Assembly (NCBI GenBank): GCA_002269645.1
Contig: NIVC01001608.1
Location: 162,494 to 226,493 of the forward strand
DNA: 64,000 bases
Direction of reading: 5' to 3'
DNA from: Macrostomum lignano
Taxonomy: Eukaryota
Both the position numbers and the translations under genes were made by a program. The notes beneath the pieces were generated by a model. The model did not search any database. It was given only the letters and a program-made list of their open reading frames with translations, and was not told the origin of the DNA. This document shows positions 60,401-64,000 of the stretch, in pieces (position 1 is the stretch's first letter; each line of letters begins with the position of its first letter).

Positions 60401-60734
60401 CCGTCCGGTCAATGGTCGGCCTGCGCTGCTGCCGAAAGGTCCTCGCCTCGGCACGAGGCGATCGCGGACGTCGGGCAGAGCAACGCGCCTCGGCCGAGCT
60501 GACGACGCTGCCAGCGACCTCAGCTACTGACAGTGCGCCGCCTGCTGTCATCGGCCTGTCAACCAGCTTCGGTTGCATCGACTGTCGCTCGTCCAGCAGG
60601 CCAGTCACGTAGTGCTTTGGATGCGTCTCCAGATAGCCGGAGGCGGTAGCCGGGCGCTGCAGGACGCCGTTTACCAGCATGCTGCTGGGCTTCAGTACCG
60701 GCCCGGGCAGCTGGGTGTGCTCGCGACTCAGCAT
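57484..60734 (-). CDS. WDR49: EF-hand plus WD40 repeat protein exon 1 (WDR49/CFAP337, WDR64/WDY family)
   Basis: 1083 codons. EF-hand-like LFQKIDWSSNGYISWDEF followed by many WD repeats (TGGMDRIIRIW, GHSAPI, GHTEDI, TASEDFTVRIW). Ends AAA CG|gtgagg, so the TGA in the ORF track is intronic. The symbol is a family-level best guess. Confidence 0.75.
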
Positions 60735-63024
60735 TGCGGCGGTCCGGTACCTTAAAACGGAGTTTGGTATAATTTATTTATTAATGCGGTTGTTTGGTTA
60801 AAGTTTTTTTCAGCTTCACAATAGTGTTACAGAATAGATCTTATTTCGCTACACCAAAGGAGCTATTAATGAAATAATGCATCTTTCTACTAATTATATA
60901 ACATAATCAAATAATACATACGTGTAAACATATATACTTGTGAATATATATTTTTATATACCCCGCGTTGAAATCTCCGTGAACGATCCCAACAATCCGG
61001 TTGTGGTTGCACCGACAGCATCTGACAAACCATATAAGTGCACAGTAAAGTACAATACAAAAACTAATAATATTTTTAAATATTGCTCTATAACATCTGG
61101 TAAAATAAAAAACTAAAAATTGTTCCCCGATTAATTTTCTATAATACTATCTAATATTGGGGTCTAATCCACAAAAAAATATAACATCTGAGCATTATAG
61201 GAATATCCCACTGCAATTAAAACAAAACATAAAGTAAGTTTAAATTTATATGAGAAAGGATATCAGTAATATGTCTTAAAAGCATAATCTTCAAAAAAGT
61301 CTAAATGAGTAATAAATGAAAAAGTTACAATTTATGTATTTTAGGGTTTAAAAAAATTAAGACTTGCATAATAAATATATTAAATTTTGAAACTACAGCT
61401 GATATATAATTCATATGATTCATACAGCTGATTTAGAATGACATATAAGCTGTGGTTTATAGTGATCATTACAAAAATGCAGTTCATGGCATGCACTGAG
61501 TTCTATACGAAAATAAATGACAAACTAAGGCGCTTAAGCTTGTTTAAAAAACAGAGGAAGCAATAAAATTCAGAATAAGAAGCAAAAGTTTTTAAAACAG
61601 TCACTTGTTGGGCAGCGCAGCTAGAGCTAGGTAATAGCTATCATGTCTATTGCCATTCTTAAAATCGAAGGATAAAGAGGAGGCTGCTGGATCTTTGATG
61701 TGTACTTTTTACATTTTTATTGTACATTTTGCGATGAATTAACTTGTTATTTACCGTTTTATAAACATTAGTGACGCTGGCTGCCTACAAAATCCAATAA
61801 ATTGAATAAAATTGAAAAAACTGAATTTGATCCGACTCTGGTAATTTCTATAGCAAGATATGTTTATAACAAATTGATAGCAAATAAGCGGTAAGTCTTT
61901 ATTAAATTATATTTTGATAGCTTCAAAATATATTTTAACACTTGCTAAAGTATTAGGTAACAGATAAAGTTTTTATTGATCTCTGTTGATACCATACTGG
62001 TTTAAATTTACGTCGTAATTAGGAGTATTTCAGGCCTCAGCATAGGCCAGACACAGGCAACTTAATTGCCGGGCGCGTATGCATATGTGTGTAGATGGCA
62101 CATAGGTCTGAATTCTGATGAAAAATTGATGATGACATTTTTTCGGAGTCCTTCAGTCTTTCTGGTTTTCAAAAAAAACCGCCAAAAAAGCATACCGCGC
62201 TGCTAAATATCTTATTGTCATAAATGCACTGCATGTATAAATAAGCTTTAATTTCTATATTTAAAAATTATTAACATTTTGGTTTATGCAATTGGGTACT
62301 CGCTGTAAACTTACAACTCAAATACTGTTCCTCTGCATTACATTGAATGCATACATGCAGCTAGCTGTACCCTTAAGGTGTTTATGATCAGTACAAAATT
62401 TTCATACACATTAATTTTTGGCATTATAGGTTTCTCCAAATTACATATAAATGTATACATTATAAACTGTAGTTCTACGGCAGCATACAGTGAACATTAG
62501 ATCTACAGTTGAATCTTGCACAGCTAGCTGCATGTTTACGCTTCGTATTTACAATGTACACGGATTACGACCAAAAGGACGACTACTTAACGATATTTAA
62601 TTCGCCCTTGATTGTTGTTTTACGTTACTTTACTCTAACCCACATTTGCATTGTAACACGTACATGTTATATGTATAGCCATTTAGGTATCCAGATTTCT
62701 ATGAATCTACATGGTATTCGTGGTATCGATTTTACAGCACAGCAAACCATATAACTATATTCATTGTACCATGCATGCTGTACGCTCATTATTTAATTAA
62801 GGCTACTAAAAATACATGATGTGTTTGTGCATATAATTTTGTTATAGAAAATGATTAGTTTTAGTCGCTCGTGAAAAATTAATCAACCATTGTCCACCTC
62901 CAAAACCATATATACACAATCTACCATTAACTTACGACCATAAACAAACTGCAAAGCGGTAAAGATTGAAGGAAAAAAAATAGATTCCACACGCGCAAAG
63001 GAGAAAAATGCCGACGCCGGCAAA

Positions 63025-63312
63025 ATGGACAAGCAGTGGAAAAGTTTCCAAGAATCGCGGAAATCGGTAAGCAGCACAGAGTGGATCACGTTCGATGAAC
63101 TGAGGCTTCACACTGACGAGAACAGCTGCTGGATTGCGTTAGAAGGCCTAGTCTTCGACGTTACCAGCTACTTAAAATTCCACCCAGGCGGCAAAGACAA
63201 GCTGCTGGAAGTGGCCGGCCGGGATGCAACTAACGAGTTCCGCTTGATCCACCGGTACGTGAACTTCAAAGCTGTGCTGCGCAAATTCTACCTAGGAAAG
63301 TTGAAATACTAA
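63025..63312 (+). CDS. Stand-alone cytochrome b5-like heme-binding protein (95 aa, CYB5R4-type b5 domain)
   Basis: CWIALEGLVFDVTSYLKFHPGG..LLEVAGRDAT..F..IHRYVNF. Both heme His ligands are present, and there is a stop straight after the domain. Confidence 0.85.
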   Translation: MDKQWKSFQESRKSVSSTEWITFDELRLHTDENSCWIALEGLVFDVTSYLKFHPGGKDKLLEVAGRDATNEFRLIHRYVNFKAVLRKFYLGKLKY

Positions 63313-63531
63313 CTGTACAAAGCTTTTGTTTGTATTACAAAACTTTCTTGTTTTAAAGCTATAAATAAAATTTAATGCGTGCTCGGAAACAAATCGGTTG
63401 AGATTAGATAAGAGTTTGTCTTCGGTTTTTGCCAGTTGGCCAAGGTGAGGCAACCAAAGGCCCAGCCGCTGCAACTGCAATTGGACCTGATCATGGTGAC
63501 GCAAGTCTATTCAGTTGCGTGATAACCACAG

Positions 63532-63625
63532 CAGGGGCGTCGCTACCGAGGGGGGGGGGCAGGGGGACATATTCCCCCATTAAAATCTATGGGGGGACAT
63601 CCTAAAGCTTTGTCCCCCCCCACTA
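63532..63625. mobile_element. Possible hAT-type MITE end
   Basis: CAGGGGCGTCGCTA followed by G-runs, similar in style to the 38786 MITE. No matching right TIR found. Confidence 0.3.
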
Positions 63626-63910
63626 CACCATGACCTGTTATGGAAATCAGTAGTTTTGCTTCAGGGCTAAATTGCTAATTGCTAATTTGAGTGTATGCGG
63701 CGCTAAAAAGCGCTTACAGAGTGTACATCGATGGCCCTGAATTTCTAATCGTCAGGCATGTACACTCTCTGAGCTTTTGGAGTTGGCCCTCATGGGTGCA
63801 GCGAATCGTATTCGTACATCAATGCAGGCCAATTAGAGATTTTTAGTACGAGATTTTTCCGTGTGACTCTTGCGCCACGACTCCTGGATCGATGCATCCG
63901 TGCCCATAAG

Positions 63911-64000
63911 GAAGGGTTGTAGCCTAGTGGTCAGAGCGTCGGGCTCACGAATTAAATTTCGAGGTGGCGATTCTCCACTCACTCGGAACAATTTGTGTCC
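63911..64000 (+). mobile_element. Second, diverged copy of the tRNA-derived SINE (truncated by the window edge)
   Basis: TAGCCTAGTGGTCAGAGCGTCGG ... ACTCGGAACAATTTGTGTCC parallels 52358-52440. Confidence 0.6.

Noticed and set aside
57523-60612. Multiple 60-230-aa plus-strand ORFs over the WD gene, and similar ORFs over pol and ClC
   Set aside because: Antisense or alternate-frame shadows of GC-rich coding sequence.
63292-63510. Minus-strand ORF (LRHHDQVQLQLQRLGLW...) as the last exon of a convergent gene
   Set aside because: There is a plausible acceptor but no recognisable homology, and upstream exons would lie outside the window. Not supportable.

Overview
Eukaryotic (metazoan) genomic DNA, not prokaryotic. 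It has GC-rich spliced exons, AT-rich intergenic DNA and a different mini- or microsatellite in almost every intron. This texture resembles flatworm genomes such as Macrostomum, which is inference only. Genes reconstructed by hand from splice sites and reading frame: complexin (-, 3 exons, runs off the left edge); a small unidentified 3-exon ORF (-); a class A peptide GPCR (+, 3 exons, 17.3-kb first intron); NTF2 (-, intronless CDS); a ClC-3/4/5-type Cl-/H+ exchanger (+, 8 exons, about 839 aa); an EF-hand/WD40 protein of the WDR49/CFAP337 type (-, 2 exons); and a stand-alone cytochrome b5 domain (+). Mobile DNA: a dead Penelope-like element, a CACTA/EnSpm-like element with a nested hAT-type MITE, tRNA-derived SINEs, and a full-length, very young 8.2-kb Ty3/gypsy LTR retrotransposon (19570-27753, -). 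The LTR element has near-identical LTRs, a 4-bp TSD, a tRNA-Lys PBS, a PPT and a gag/pol -1 frameshift signal. The standout observation is that this element carries an extra ORF between pol and the 3' LTR that encodes an HPD-intact J-domain (Hsp40/DnaJ co-chaperone), preceded by a promoter-like 44-bp repeat array. A second theme is tandem arrays built out of splice-site sequences.
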